Made by a program: the position numbers and the translations under genes. DNA of 64,000 nt from a bacterium (GTDB lineage: Bacteria > Zhuqueibacterota > Zhuqueibacteria > Residuimicrobiales > Krinioviventaceae): assembly GCA_963675755.2 (NCBI GenBank), contig CAXXMD010000003.1, positions 800,001 through 864,000 of the forward strand. The letters run 5' to 3'. The notes under the pieces were generated by a model. The model did not search any database, was not told the origin of the DNA, and saw nothing but the letters and a program-made list of their open reading frames with translations. Below are positions 50,149-60,255 of the stretch, in pieces; the stretch's first letter is position 1, and every line of letters begins with the position of its first letter.

Positions 50149-53100
50149 TCAATTCTCCATAACTTTTAATTCATTACGGTGTGCAAGAGAATACAACACC
50201 GGAAGCACCAACAGGGACAATACAAGCGCAAATAGTAATCCAAAACTTATTACGGATCCCAATGGGCCCCACAAGGGTGAACGGCTGATGACCATGGGAA
50301 AAACGCCAACAGCAGCTGCTGCAGCGGTTAAAAAGATGGGACGCATACGGCGCTTGGCAGCGGATATAGCGGCCTGCTCTACCTCCATACCGTGCTCAAA
50401 TCTCAGTTCATCCGCATACGAGAGATAAATTATACCATTACGAACCACAATACCGAATAAACCAATTAATCCGATAAATGCTGTTACGCTAAAAGGATAC
50501 CCGTTAACCAGAACACCCAGCGCCGCACCAAACAAGCTCAGGGGCATGGTTACCATAATAAGTACAGATTTTTTGATACTTTTAAACTGAAATAACAGGA
50601 TTAAAAAGATAATGGCAATGCTGATAGCGAGTGAATAATACAACGGTGTCATTTCTTCCACCTGCATCTCAAGTTCACCACCATAATGTACAGATATATC
50701 ATCTGACAGATTAAGCTTTGCAATCATGGGTTCTATTTGAGCCAAAAGATCAGATGCATAATACCCTCTCATGGGATCAACAGACACGGTCAAGGTCCGT
50801 ACACCATTACGATGAACTATCTCTCCTTCGCTCCAGGTTTGTTCTGCATCAGCCAATTGCCGCACCGGTACCGCAGTTGCCATAAACATGGATGTAACAT
50901 ACATATCCATTATATCACTCATATCAGATTTAACTTTTTTATCTATCCGAAGGTTTACATCAACGGGGTAATCATCTTCCCAGATTGTAGATACCGGGAA
51001 ACCCTTGGTGCCAATAAGCAGAGAATAGTCCAAATAGGTTTTGGAATATCCCATTCGGCTGGCCTGGTCTTCTTTTAAATTCAACTGCACGGATTGCAGC
51101 GGTTCTTTATAATTTGTACGCGCCCATTGCACACCATCCAGCGTTTGGATTTGCTCTATCAATGCATTCCCGGCTTTTTTCAGACTTTTGATATCCGGTC
51201 CGGTAAACCGAACTTCAATAGCAGCATCAGATGTAACCATTTCCAGTTGTTTCCACTTTACATGCGCATTGGGAAAATAATTTCTATATTTCACCGAATA
51301 CTCGTTCAGAATATCTTCTGTTGCCTTGTTTGACTCGGTAATGACAAGTAATTGTCCATAATGCTTGGCCGGAAACTGGGGAGCATAAAGTGAGTTAAAA
51401 CGCGGTGAACTGCTGCCCACAAAAGCCGCAATATCTTCAACCCGACTGTCTTTTAACAACAGTGTTTCTACCTGCTGAATAACACGGTCTGTTTGCTGCA
51501 GCGAACTTCCAACTGGTAAATACACCTCTACCGCAAACTGATTACGCTGAAATGCAGGAAACGGTTTTTGTGGTGTTATAAGCAGCATCAACAAACCAAG
51601 CACAAAAGAAAGGATACCGACTAATACAATGACCTTTTTATTCCGAAAGGACTTTTCCAAAAGGTTGTCATAAAAAGCCTGCAATCTGTCAAGAAAGGAT
51701 CGCTTTTCCGATTCACTATTACTTTTTATACCGTGTTTAATAAATGTATAACTCATCAAGGGTACCAGCAAAACAGATACAATCAAAGACAGAAACAATG
51801 CTATGGCTATGGTTACCGGCAACGACCTTACAAAATCCCCGGCAAGACCAGTCATCAACTTTGTCATGGGTAAAAAACATACCACAATAATCAATGTTGC
51901 AAAGAACACGGATCCAAACAGATCCCCCACACTTTTTGATGCCGCATCGTGTGGAGATACTCCCTGGTCCAATTTTTCCACATAATTATCAATAATTACA
52001 ATAGCATTATCTACAACCATACCCAGCACAATAATCAGTCCCGCTAACGATACGGTTTGCAGGCTAATACCAAACATCCACAACATACCAACAGTCATTA
52101 AGACCGATATGGGAATTGCCGATGCCGCAACAAAGGCAACCCGTTTTGGCAACAGTAATACGGTTACCAAAATGACCGCAATAATTGCAAGGGCAAACTC
52201 TTTTAAAAAGTGTAAAATAGATTCAGACACAAAATGCGGCATATCGGATATAAGGCCTACATTCACATCCGATGGCACCTCGCTCTTGAATTTATCAATA
52301 ACTTTATTAACCTTGGCACCATATTGTACAATATTATTACCGGGCTGCATTTCAAGCGAGATGATCAGACATTTCTTGCCATTAAAACGGATAAAGGAAT
52401 CCGGTTCTTTATATTCACGAACAACCTTTGCAATGTCTTTGACACGAACAACCTGACCGGTTGGGTCAGAGTATACGATCTGATTGGCAATATCACTTTC
52501 TGTATTATATCCTGAAGGAATGTGAATAGGTCGAATATATTCTCCGTCATCAATTTCACCCGCGTAATTTACCATACCCTCCGGTCTCAGGGCGGCAATA
52601 ACAGTCAAAGGCTTTACTCCATAATAGGCCAGCTTGGCATCATCAATATAGACATTGATCTCTTCTTCCTGCAGGCCAAAATGCTTAACCCGAGAGGTTG
52701 CCGGTATCGCACGGACATCGTCTTCAAATGTTTCTATATATTTTTCCAGCTCTTTGTATGTTTTGGTTTCAGATTCAACAGCCAGCAAAATGGCAGATGT
52801 ATTTCCAAAATCTTCATTTGCGGATAATGACATAACTCCCGAAGGCAGTTGGCTTTTAAAATCATCCAAACCATTACGGAGTTTTGCCCAGAAAAGCTTG
52901 GGTTGTTTTAATTTTCGCTGAACTTCAACGTATACAACCATAACATTTTCTTTAGAGATGGAAACAGTCTTTTCTTTGTCAATCTCTTCATACTGGAACA
53001 GATAATTCTCAACTTTTTTAGTCAACTGTTCTTCCACCTGGTGAGATGTTGCGCCGGGATAAATACCAATGACCAATCCTTTTCGTACACTGAATTCCGG

Positions 53101-53223
53101 GAACTCGTCCCTTGGCATATTGAACAAGGCAACTGTACCGAAAACCACAAACAACAAGGTTGTAATAATTAACAATTGCTTATAGTCCAGTATAATATCC
53201 ATTAATGTTTTTTTATTTTTCAT
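50149..53223 (-). CDS. RND efflux permease (AcrB family)
   Basis: YPGATSHQVE; GMVVDNAIV; GIVVRNGI; RRMRPIFLT; 1024 aa. Confidence 0.95.
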   Translation of the reverse strand: MKNKKTLMDIILDYKQLLIITTLLFVVFGTVALFNMPRDEFPEFSVRKGLVIGIYPGATSHQVEEQLTKKVENYLFQYEEIDKEKTVSISKENVMVVYVEVQRKLKQPKLFWAKLRNGLDDFKSQLPSGVMSLSANEDFGNTSAILLAVESETKTYKELEKYIETFEDDVRAIPATSRVKHFGLQEEEINVYIDDAKLAYYGVKPLTVIAALRPEGMVNYAGEIDDGEYIRPIHIPSGYNTESDIANQIVYSDPTGQVVRVKDIAKVVREYKEPDSFIRFNGKKCLIISLEMQPGNNIVQYGAKVNKVIDKFKSEVPSDVNVGLISDMPHFVSESILHFLKEFALAIIAVILVTVLLLPKRVAFVAASAIPISVLMTVGMLWMFGISLQTVSLAGLIIVLGMVVDNAIVIIDNYVEKLDQGVSPHDAASKSVGDLFGSVFFATLIIVVCFLPMTKLMTGLAGDFVRSLPVTIAIALFLSLIVSVLLVPLMSYTFIKHGIKSNSESEKRSFLDRLQAFYDNLLEKSFRNKKVIVLVGILSFVLGLLMLLITPQKPFPAFQRNQFAVEVYLPVGSSLQQTDRVIQQVETLLLKDSRVEDIAAFVGSSSPRFNSLYAPQFPAKHYGQLLVITESNKATEDILNEYSVKYRNYFPNAHVKWKQLEMVTSDAAIEVRFTGPDIKSLKKAGNALIEQIQTLDGVQWARTNYKEPLQSVQLNLKEDQASRMGYSKTYLDYSLLIGTKGFPVSTIWEDDYPVDVNLRIDKKVKSDMSDIMDMYVTSMFMATAVPVRQLADAEQTWSEGEIVHRNGVRTLTVSVDPMRGYYASDLLAQIEPMIAKLNLSDDISVHYGGELEMQVEEMTPLYYSLAISIAIIFLILLFQFKSIKKSVLIMVTMPLSLFGAALGVLVNGYPFSVTAFIGLIGLFGIVVRNGIIYLSYADELRFEHGMEVEQAAISAAKRRMRPIFLTAAAAAVGVFPMVISRSPLWGPLGSVISFGLLFALVLSLLVLPVLYSLAHRNELKVMEN

Positions 53224-53242
53224 TTTATCTAATTCCTGTTCA

Positions 53243-54283
53243 TCAGTTAACTATAACTACTCTGGCGCCATCCATCAATTTTTGGTGTCCTGCAACGACC
53301 AATGTTTCACCTGTCGTTAATCCATCGACAATCTCTACACCATTCCGCGCCAATGCACCGGTCGTTACCCATTTACGTTTTGCAATTGTATTATTTTGTT
53401 CAACAGTATATACAAATGTTTTACCCGATTCGTCTACCATTACCGAATAATTGGGAACAACCACACTTGAAGAACTTTCTGATTTTTCAAGCGTAACGTC
53501 ACAAATCATACCCGGTTTTAACACATTATTTTGATTGGCAATTGAAACTTTGACCTTGTAAGCACGTGACAAAGGATTCGCTACCACACCCACCTGCTCT
53601 ACAACGCCATCAAAAATTTGCTTTCCAAGGGCTGCCACGTTAACCTGACAATTCTGATTTCTTGATATATTTACGATTTCATTTTCAGGAACAGAAATGG
53701 AAGCATAAACCTTGTTTATTTTCACAATATTAATAGCAGTGATTCCCGGAACGATGGTCATGCCCGGTTCAATAGAACGGCTGCCAATATAACCATTTGA
53801 AGGGGCATACAATGCACAATCATCCAGATTTTTTTTGGATATTGCACTGGCTGATTTGGCTTGCTGCAGTTTAGTTTCAACATCAATAAACTTGATCTCG
53901 GGTAAATTACCATTTTCATACATGGGTTTTAACCGGGCATAGGCATCCTTGGCCTGATTATAAGTAGCGAGCGCCATTTCATATGCATTGCTCAGGGTTT
54001 CTTTGTCAAGTTCTGCAAGCAATTGGCCTTTTTTTACATAATCTCCTTCAGAGACCAACACCTGCTCAACGCGACCGGTCACCATAAAACTCAGGGGAAC
54101 AGATTCTGACTCTACAATAGAGCCACTGTACGCAATGGATTCTTGAGTATTAAAAGATTCAACTGTTTGAACATTGACATTCACAGCATCTTGTTGCTGT
54201 ATTGCCGCATTGCCATTTTTACAACTGTTCATAAACAAAACCGCAAACAATAATACCAAAAGCGGTATAATTTTTTTCAACAT
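53243..54283 (-). CDS. RND periplasmic adaptor (MFP) lipoprotein
   Basis: MNS-C lipobox; VSEGDYVKKGQLLAELD; LYAPSNG; LKPGM; GLTTGETLVVAG. Confidence 0.93.
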   Translation of the reverse strand: MLKKIIPLLVLLFAVLFMNSCKNGNAAIQQQDAVNVNVQTVESFNTQESIAYSGSIVESESVPLSFMVTGRVEQVLVSEGDYVKKGQLLAELDKETLSNAYEMALATYNQAKDAYARLKPMYENGNLPEIKFIDVETKLQQAKSASAISKKNLDDCALYAPSNGYIGSRSIEPGMTIVPGITAINIVKINKVYASISVPENEIVNISRNQNCQVNVAALGKQIFDGVVEQVGVVANPLSRAYKVKVSIANQNNVLKPGMICDVTLEKSESSSSVVVPNYSVMVDESGKTFVYTVEQNNTIAKRKWVTTGALARNGVEIVDGLTTGETLVVAGHQKLMDGARVVIVN

Positions 54284-54321
54284 TTTAATTCCTTTCAGCA
54301 AAGTACGGATTACCAATTCTA

Positions 54322-54966
54322 TTAAATTTCTATTTTTTCAGCACCCGCAACGCTTTTAGGGTCCTGATCAATTAATTTTTTTACATATAAAAGTCTTTGC
54401 ACAACTGTCACATTTGCCAAAACAGCAAGCATGACAATTACGGATTTTAAAATCAATCCCTGAAAAACCAATCCCAATGACAACAATACCAGTCGTTCAG
54501 CACGCTGCAGTAATCCGGTTTTACAGGACACGCCCAATCCATCAGCACGGGCTTTAACATAACTCACAATAAAAGAACCGGTTAATGCAATGGCCAGCCA
54601 TAAACTCCACACCGACTCTCCTGAACGATAAAAGTATATACCCAAACCAGTCATAATAAAAGCTTCGTTAAACCTGTCCACCGTAGAATCCAGAATAGCT
54701 CCAAAAGAACTGGTTTGATTTGTATATTTCGCTACCTGTCCATCAAAGATATCAAATAATCCCATGAGTATAAAAGAGGTTACAGCTAATCCAAACCAGT
54801 TCATAGACACAAACACACCTGCAAGAAAGCCAAATCCCAAACTGATCAGGGTAATAGTATTTGGCTTGATACCAAGATGTGACAATAAAGTTGAAATATT
54901 CAGCATTCGATCACAAAACCACTGCTCAAACGCATTGGGCAATAAACCATTTGGTGATTCTGACAT
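54322..54966 (-). CDS. CDP-alcohol phosphatidyltransferase, phosphatidylinositol-phosphate-synthase-like
   Basis: PNTIT; signature DIFDGQVAK...GAILDSTVDR; SYVKARADGLG...GLLQRAER as in PIP/AIP synthases. Confidence 0.88.
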   Translation of the reverse strand: MSESPNGLLPNAFEQWFCDRMLNISTLLSHLGIKPNTITLISLGFGFLAGVFVSMNWFGLAVTSFILMGLFDIFDGQVAKYTNQTSSFGAILDSTVDRFNEAFIMTGLGIYFYRSGESVWSLWLAIALTGSFIVSYVKARADGLGVSCKTGLLQRAERLVLLSLGLVFQGLILKSVIVMLAVLANVTVVQRLLYVKKLIDQDPKSVAGAEKIEI

Positions 54967-55000
54967 GTCATACCTCAAAATTCAAGTGAGCTGCCAATCT

Positions 55001-55027
55001 TTCGACCAAAACAGTTTTTTGGTCGAA
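55001..55027. promoter_or_regulatory. Putative TetR operator 1 (TTCGACC-N13-GGTCGAA)
   Basis: Inverted repeat upstream of the phosphatidyltransferase-RND operon, duplicated upstream of tetR. Confidence 0.8.
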
Positions 55028-55081
55028 AATACTGTAAAAAAACATGTCGCCTGGGAAAATCCAGTCGAATGATTTACTCTA

Positions 55082-55657
55082 TTATCTCTTTTCTAAACCT
55101 TTATACAAAATATCCAGCATTGTTTTAATATCACGGCTCAAGGTAACGTCTACATTCTCCACAATAAGTGGATACTCGAAGCCTTTAAGTGCAATCGTCA
55201 TCATACGTGCAACCATTGTAGTATCAATAACTTCAAATATTTTACGTTTAATACCATCATCAAGAATGTCTTTAATGGTCTCCATTTCATTCTCGATAAA
55301 TTCTTTACGGATCTGATTTATAAACTCATAATGGGTAAAAAACTCGTCTTTAATGGTCGTATAATAATTACCCAACTCTCTTAAATGTGTCATACGTGTC
55401 AGGATGTATTTATATAGCTTTTCCTTTGGCGAATCTACAGTAAGTATTGCCTGCCTTGTTTTTTGACGCAGCACCGCGGCTTCTCTTTGTATCACAGCAA
55501 TAAAGATCTCTTCTTTACTTTTAAAATAATAATACAGAGATGCCTTGCCCATTCTGGCTTCTTTAGCTATTTCATCCATTGTGGTTTTTTGAATACCATA
55601 ACGCGCAAACCTTTTTTGTGCAATGGATATTATGTTTTCTTTTTTGTCTTCTGCCAT
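55082..55657 (-). CDS. TetR/AcrR family transcriptional regulator
   Basis: FARYGIQKTTMDEIAKEARMGKASLYYYFKSKEEIF HTH. Confidence 0.95.
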   Translation of the reverse strand: MAEDKKENIISIAQKRFARYGIQKTTMDEIAKEARMGKASLYYYFKSKEEIFIAVIQREAAVLRQKTRQAILTVDSPKEKLYKYILTRMTHLRELGNYYTTIKDEFFTHYEFINQIRKEFIENEMETIKDILDDGIKRKIFEVIDTTMVARMMTIALKGFEYPLIVENVDVTLSRDIKTMLDILYKGLEKR

Positions 55658-55671
55658 CTCAACCTCGATTA

Positions 55672-55698
55672 TTCGACCAAAAACGTTCTACGGTCGAA
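55672..55698. promoter_or_regulatory. Putative TetR operator 2 (TTCGACC-N13-GGTCGAA), autoregulatory
   Basis: Same half-sites and spacing as 55001-55027; abuts the -10 box. Confidence 0.8.
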
Positions 55699-55727
55699 AA
55701 TATACTAAAAAAACACGCTTTGTTCAA
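55699..55727 (-). promoter_or_regulatory. Sigma70-type promoter of tetR
   Basis: TTGAAC-17 nt-TATATT. Confidence 0.65.
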
Positions 55728-55832
55728 GCATAATTTTTAAAACTTTTAATTATACGGCACTTTTCTGAAAATGTTTCACAAACAGATTTAATATCAGCAG
55801 TGCAAATAATAACACTGCTGATATTAAATTCT

Positions 55833-57290
55833 TTACAGGGTTGCAAGCAAATCCGTTGCCTGTTTGCGAACATAGGCCCAGTTGTAATTGTTTTCATTGA
55901 AATTAACAGCTTTACTACAATATTCTTTGGCTTTCTCCGGTTCCCCCTTGGCACGATATACCTGAGCAAGACAGCACAAATTACGTGGATTCCTCAAATT
56001 TGCCTGTTCAAGCTCTGCTATTGCATCTTCCAGTCGGTTTTCCTGCATTGCCAGCAATCCCAATAACTGGTGATGGTTCATGAGCTGATTGTTGTTGTTT
56101 TTCATTTTGGCAGTTTCAGCATACTGAACGATTTTTTCTCTGGCCTGTTCATAATATCCTTTCATAATATCTACACGTATTTCATCAAAAAGATATCCCT
56201 GAACCAGATTCTCCTTTTGGTCCTGGCCTATTAATTCGGAATGCTGTACAAGTTCATTGGCTTCATAATATTTTCCCAATGCATCTGTATACATGGCCTT
56301 TTCAAAATAGAGATCACCCAGAACGTTCAAATCTGCTGCAATATCCAGATCATTGTCACCAGCTTTGGACTTTGTTAATCGTAATTCAGCCAAATTTATT
56401 GCTTTATCCAGGTCCTGATTATCAATACAACACCTGATTTTTGCAAAATCTGCAAGTCGCTTTTGCCCTTCATCCGGGGCTTTTTGATACCAGGTATCAA
56501 AGATCTGCATTGCTTTTTCAGGTTCCTGCATCAGGATATAATTGGTACCCATCCCATTATAAGACATTAAAAACCCGGGATCCATTTTAATAGATTTTTG
56601 ATACGCTTCGACAGACTTTTCAAACTTGCCCTGCTTTAGCAAAATCTCTGCATACGAATCCCAGGGATTTGCTTCATCAGGTATCAAATCTGTGTATTTT
56701 TTAATCATCTCTTCTGCCTGATCAAATTTCTCATTGTAAAGGAATGAATACGCCAGTAAATTATAAGCGGGTGCAAAACGAGGATCAATAACAATGGTCT
56801 TTTGGAGTTCACTTATCGCTACATCCCAATCCTGTTGATTCGCATAAATAGCGCCTCTGTTGAAATGCAACCGTTTATCCTGTGGAAACATACTTACCAA
56901 TTGAGCGGCGAGTTTCTTTTCTTTTTGGGTATCTCCATCGAATCCTGCCTGAATATTATCAAGATAGAGTCGCTCGCCTTCTGTTACTTTATCGCGCAAA
57001 GACATGGCTTTATTGAAATGCTTAAAACCAACCATGGTATTGCCGGTTTGAAAGTAACAAAAGCCCAGATTCAGGTGTGCCAGCGCAAAATTTTTATCGA
57101 TTTCAATTGCCTTTTGATATTCCGGAATCGCTTTTTCAAATTTCAAATTATCGTCCAGTACTTGAGCCACAAAGAAATGAGTCAATGCTTGCTTGGAGGA
57201 TGTAGTTACAGGCATTTCAGTTGGTATTTGCGTACAATACACAAACAGCAAAAAAAACATTGTGAACATCCAAATCATTTTGTTTAACAT
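55833..57290 (-). CDS. TPR-repeat (lipo)protein (485 aa), paralog B
   Basis: GGGAGGAG RBS; FVY-C; PVTTSSKQAL; colinear with 46828-48285. Confidence 0.85.
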   Translation of the reverse strand: MLNKMIWMFTMFFLLFVYCTQIPTEMPVTTSSKQALTHFFVAQVLDDNLKFEKAIPEYQKAIEIDKNFALAHLNLGFCYFQTGNTMVGFKHFNKAMSLRDKVTEGERLYLDNIQAGFDGDTQKEKKLAAQLVSMFPQDKRLHFNRGAIYANQQDWDVAISELQKTIVIDPRFAPAYNLLAYSFLYNEKFDQAEEMIKKYTDLIPDEANPWDSYAEILLKQGKFEKSVEAYQKSIKMDPGFLMSYNGMGTNYILMQEPEKAMQIFDTWYQKAPDEGQKRLADFAKIRCCIDNQDLDKAINLAELRLTKSKAGDNDLDIAADLNVLGDLYFEKAMYTDALGKYYEANELVQHSELIGQDQKENLVQGYLFDEIRVDIMKGYYEQAREKIVQYAETAKMKNNNNQLMNHHQLLGLLAMQENRLEDAIAELEQANLRNPRNLCCLAQVYRAKGEPEKAKEYCSKAVNFNENNYNWAYVRKQATDLLATL

Positions 57291-57509
57291 GGCATTCTCC
57301 TCCCATTTGTTAAACGTTGTTTTGAATTAAAGAACGATTTATTGCGCGAGGAGTACCGAAAGAATAGAAATAATACTTGAGGGGTCAATATCCCATAGAT
57401 GTTTCTGTAACATTTTTATAAAAATAAATATTTCAAATGCATTTTTATTGATATAAAGGACAAAATGCATTATTTTATTGAATATTCATTCATTTACAGG
57501 ACATAATAT

Positions 57510-57944
57510 ATGAATACCAATCCCCGAATCATGCAGGTAGAAATGCCAATAAAAATATATGCATACGATATTGACCTCATGGGCATTGTCAGTAATCTGG
57601 TATATGTAAGATGGTTTGAACATCTTCGTTCCGCGTTTCTTGATACTTATTTCCCGCTTGAAAAAATGCTGAATGAAAACAGCTCGCCCATTTTGGCAAA
57701 AACAGAGATTGAATATAAATATCCCCTAACTATTCAAGAGAATCCCATTGGCACAACCTGGATCATCAATATGAAAAGGTCCCGTTGGGAAATGGGTTTT
57801 GAAATATCAACCGCTGATCGTATCCATTGTAGAGGCAAACAAACCGGATATTATTTCAACATGGAAACACAAAAACCCGCACCCATGCCGGATGTTTTGT
57901 ACAATCAATTCATTAAAGAAAAAACGCTTCTTGAAACAAAATAG
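57510..57944 (+). CDS. Acyl-CoA thioesterase (4HBT/hotdog family)
   Basis: YDIDLMGIVSNLVYVRWFEHLR; EIEYKYPL. Confidence 0.88.
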   Translation: MNTNPRIMQVEMPIKIYAYDIDLMGIVSNLVYVRWFEHLRSAFLDTYFPLEKMLNENSSPILAKTEIEYKYPLTIQENPIGTTWIINMKRSRWEMGFEISTADRIHCRGKQTGYYFNMETQKPAPMPDVLYNQFIKEKTLLETK

Positions 57945-58072
57945 TATATACGTATTCTTTGGCATTTCAAAAAACATCACATGCCGCCTGAAACCTATTA
58001 TTAATCTCAACGTTTAATAAAATAATAAAAAAAGTTGATTTAATTTCAAACCAAAAATAAAACATTGAAGTA

Positions 58073-58101
58073 TTGACAATTATATCTAAATACTTTATAC
58101 T
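58073..58101 (+). promoter_or_regulatory. Sigma70-type promoter
   Basis: TTGACA-17 nt-TATACT upstream of the alpha/beta hydrolase. Confidence 0.7.
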
Positions 58102-58121
58102 TATATGGAGCAGGACAATAA

Positions 58122-59000
58122 TTGTGCAGACATAAAACTGGTACAAGAATGCTTATAAAGAATCTGTTTTTACATCGGGAAACTGTCAGGGTTAACAACA
58201 TTAATCTTTTTTATCGTGATACACTGGGTGATAAAGCCCCCATTCTGTGTCTGCATGGCAGGTGGGGACGTGGTGAGACATGGATTGATCTCATTACCCG
58301 ATATAAAAAAGAGTATAGAATCATTGCGCCTGATCAGCGGGGTCATGGATTGACTGAGAAACCGGATTCCGGTTACTCTGCAAAAGATATGGCCAGAGAT
58401 GCTTACGAACTGCTCAAACAGTTGAATTGCATGCCTGCGGTAATTATTGGACATTCTATGGGTGCCAGAATTGCGGCATATCTAAGTGCACACTTTCCTG
58501 AAGCAGTAAAAGCATTGGTTATTATAGACGAAAATGCGGATGGCAGCGGCAGTAGCTTGAATGATGTTAAACCCAAAAATAAAGATCCATTGGATGACGG
58601 TTTGACTACAAACTGGCCAACACCATACCCAACCTATCAGCATGCTATTGAGCACCTCAACAACCTGTACAGCAGGCAGACCAACATTCAATACTTTTTA
58701 GACAGTCTGTATGAAACATCAGATGGGTATGATTATCTTTTTTCCAGAAAAGCGATGAAATCTATTGAAAATGAATATCAGGATTTCTACTCCCTGCTGC
58801 ACAGCATCGAGTGCCCTGTTTTATTTGTACGCGCCAAAGACAGTTGGTGTCTGACGGAACAGGCAGCCAGCAAAATGTGGTCGCAGATAAAAAACTGTAC
58901 CTATATTGAAATTGATAATTCTGACCACATGGTTTATGCCGATAATGCAGACCAATTTTATTCACATCTGGAATCGTTTCTCGCTACTCTGGATGTGTAA
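58122..59000 (+). CDS. Alpha/beta fold hydrolase
   Basis: LCLHG; DQRGHG; GHSMG nucleophile elbow; SDHMV catalytic His. Confidence 0.92.
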   Translation: MCRHKTGTRMLIKNLFLHRETVRVNNINLFYRDTLGDKAPILCLHGRWGRGETWIDLITRYKKEYRIIAPDQRGHGLTEKPDSGYSAKDMARDAYELLKQLNCMPAVIIGHSMGARIAAYLSAHFPEAVKALVIIDENADGSGSSLNDVKPKNKDPLDDGLTTNWPTPYPTYQHAIEHLNNLYSRQTNIQYFLDSLYETSDGYDYLFSRKAMKSIENEYQDFYSLLHSIECPVLFVRAKDSWCLTEQAASKMWSQIKNCTYIEIDNSDHMVYADNADQFYSHLESFLATLDV

Positions 59001-59002
59001 CG

Positions 59003-60211
59003 TTGAAAATAAACGGTAAAATCACCCGTCGTTCGTTTCTAAAAACCACACCGGTTCTTTTTTCTCCCGTTCTTACCTGCTCATCCAGGGTCACTGTTAA
59101 GACACCCACTTTTAGTTATGGCTGGACGACCTGCCTGACTTATGAAACAGGCAATCGCCAACTGGGATTCGAGTATTTCAGTAATGTATTGGATGAAATG
59201 GCCCGGCACGGTATGGACCATTTACTGGTGATGATGGCCAGTCACGGTTATTATGATCCTTTGAACCATGGGCTGGCGTGGCCGGCTCAAAACCCCAAAC
59301 TTTTGCCACAGATTGATGCAAGTGCGGTAAATGCAAATCCTGAAACCGAATTCTTTTCCCAAATCATTGAAAAGGCCCATAAGCTAAATATAAAGGCATT
59401 CATTGAGATCAAATATCTGGGTATGATCGGCATGGATGATGGCTATCCCGGTTGGGGGACAAAGAAAAAATATAACGGCGAGTATGTTTTTACCATCCGG
59501 CCTGAAGCGAGTGAATACGAACGCAAAGCGATTGAAACATTGCAGATCTGCTGTGATAACGCACAATCACACCAATATATGCGAGACAAGATCACGGATG
59601 TGCTTGTCCGCTATAACAATCTGGATGGTATTGTGCTTGAGCATCCTTCCTATTCCGGAAGCACTTGTTACTGCCAGGATACACGCAATCGCATAAAACA
59701 GGACACCGGAAAAGAAATTGAAGCTTTAACCAAAGATGAATTTCAAGAATGGAAGTGCCTCCGCATTCGGGATACACTGATCGATCTGAAAACCCTTGTT
59801 AAATCCATTAATCCAAAATTCCAGTTTGGTTTTTACACCGGATTTTCACCCAATGATGGAGATGTGAAAGGGTATCAGTTGAACCGGGGACACGGCATTG
59901 AAACGCTGAAACAGGTGGGGCTCGATTTTGTGATGCCCTATTGCGAAGGCCGCCATATTGAAAATGAAACCCGCGAAATCCAAAAAGTGATTGAACACCT
60001 TGATCCCCTGCCCTGCTATGTGCACACAACCATCCGCAGGAACCCGCCGCATAATTACAAACTGCCGCCCAAGGGGCCGGACTATATTCACAATATCATT
60101 GCCTGGGCACAGGCCTACCAGAAACAAAATCCACGTTTCAAAGGTATGTCATTTTTTAACGAAGTTAAGCTGCCGCCGGAAAACCGGCAGGCGGTATATG
60201 ATTCTATCTGA
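59003..60211 (+). CDS. Tat-exported glycosyl-hydrolase-like TIM-barrel protein (GHL10/GHL6-like)
   Basis: ITRRSFLK twin-arginine; IIEKAHKLNIK; YNNLDGIVLE; CYC motif; LDFVMPY. Confidence 0.6.
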   Translation: MKINGKITRRSFLKTTPVLFSPVLTCSSRVTVKTPTFSYGWTTCLTYETGNRQLGFEYFSNVLDEMARHGMDHLLVMMASHGYYDPLNHGLAWPAQNPKLLPQIDASAVNANPETEFFSQIIEKAHKLNIKAFIEIKYLGMIGMDDGYPGWGTKKKYNGEYVFTIRPEASEYERKAIETLQICCDNAQSHQYMRDKITDVLVRYNNLDGIVLEHPSYSGSTCYCQDTRNRIKQDTGKEIEALTKDEFQEWKCLRIRDTLIDLKTLVKSINPKFQFGFYTGFSPNDGDVKGYQLNRGHGIETLKQVGLDFVMPYCEGRHIENETREIQKVIEHLDPLPCYVHTTIRRNPPHNYKLPPKGPDYIHNIIAWAQAYQKQNPRFKGMSFFNEVKLPPENRQAVYDSI

Positions 60212-60255
60212 CCAGATTGTTAATAAGCTATTCACGCATTGCTACGGAGTTATGG

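Noticed and set aside
57320-57415. Short upstream ORF (MLQKHLWDIDPSSIISILSVLLAQ*) before TPR paralog B, and similar mini-ORFs before paralog A
   Set aside because: No SD, no similarity between the two upstream regions at peptide level, and no associated terminator.
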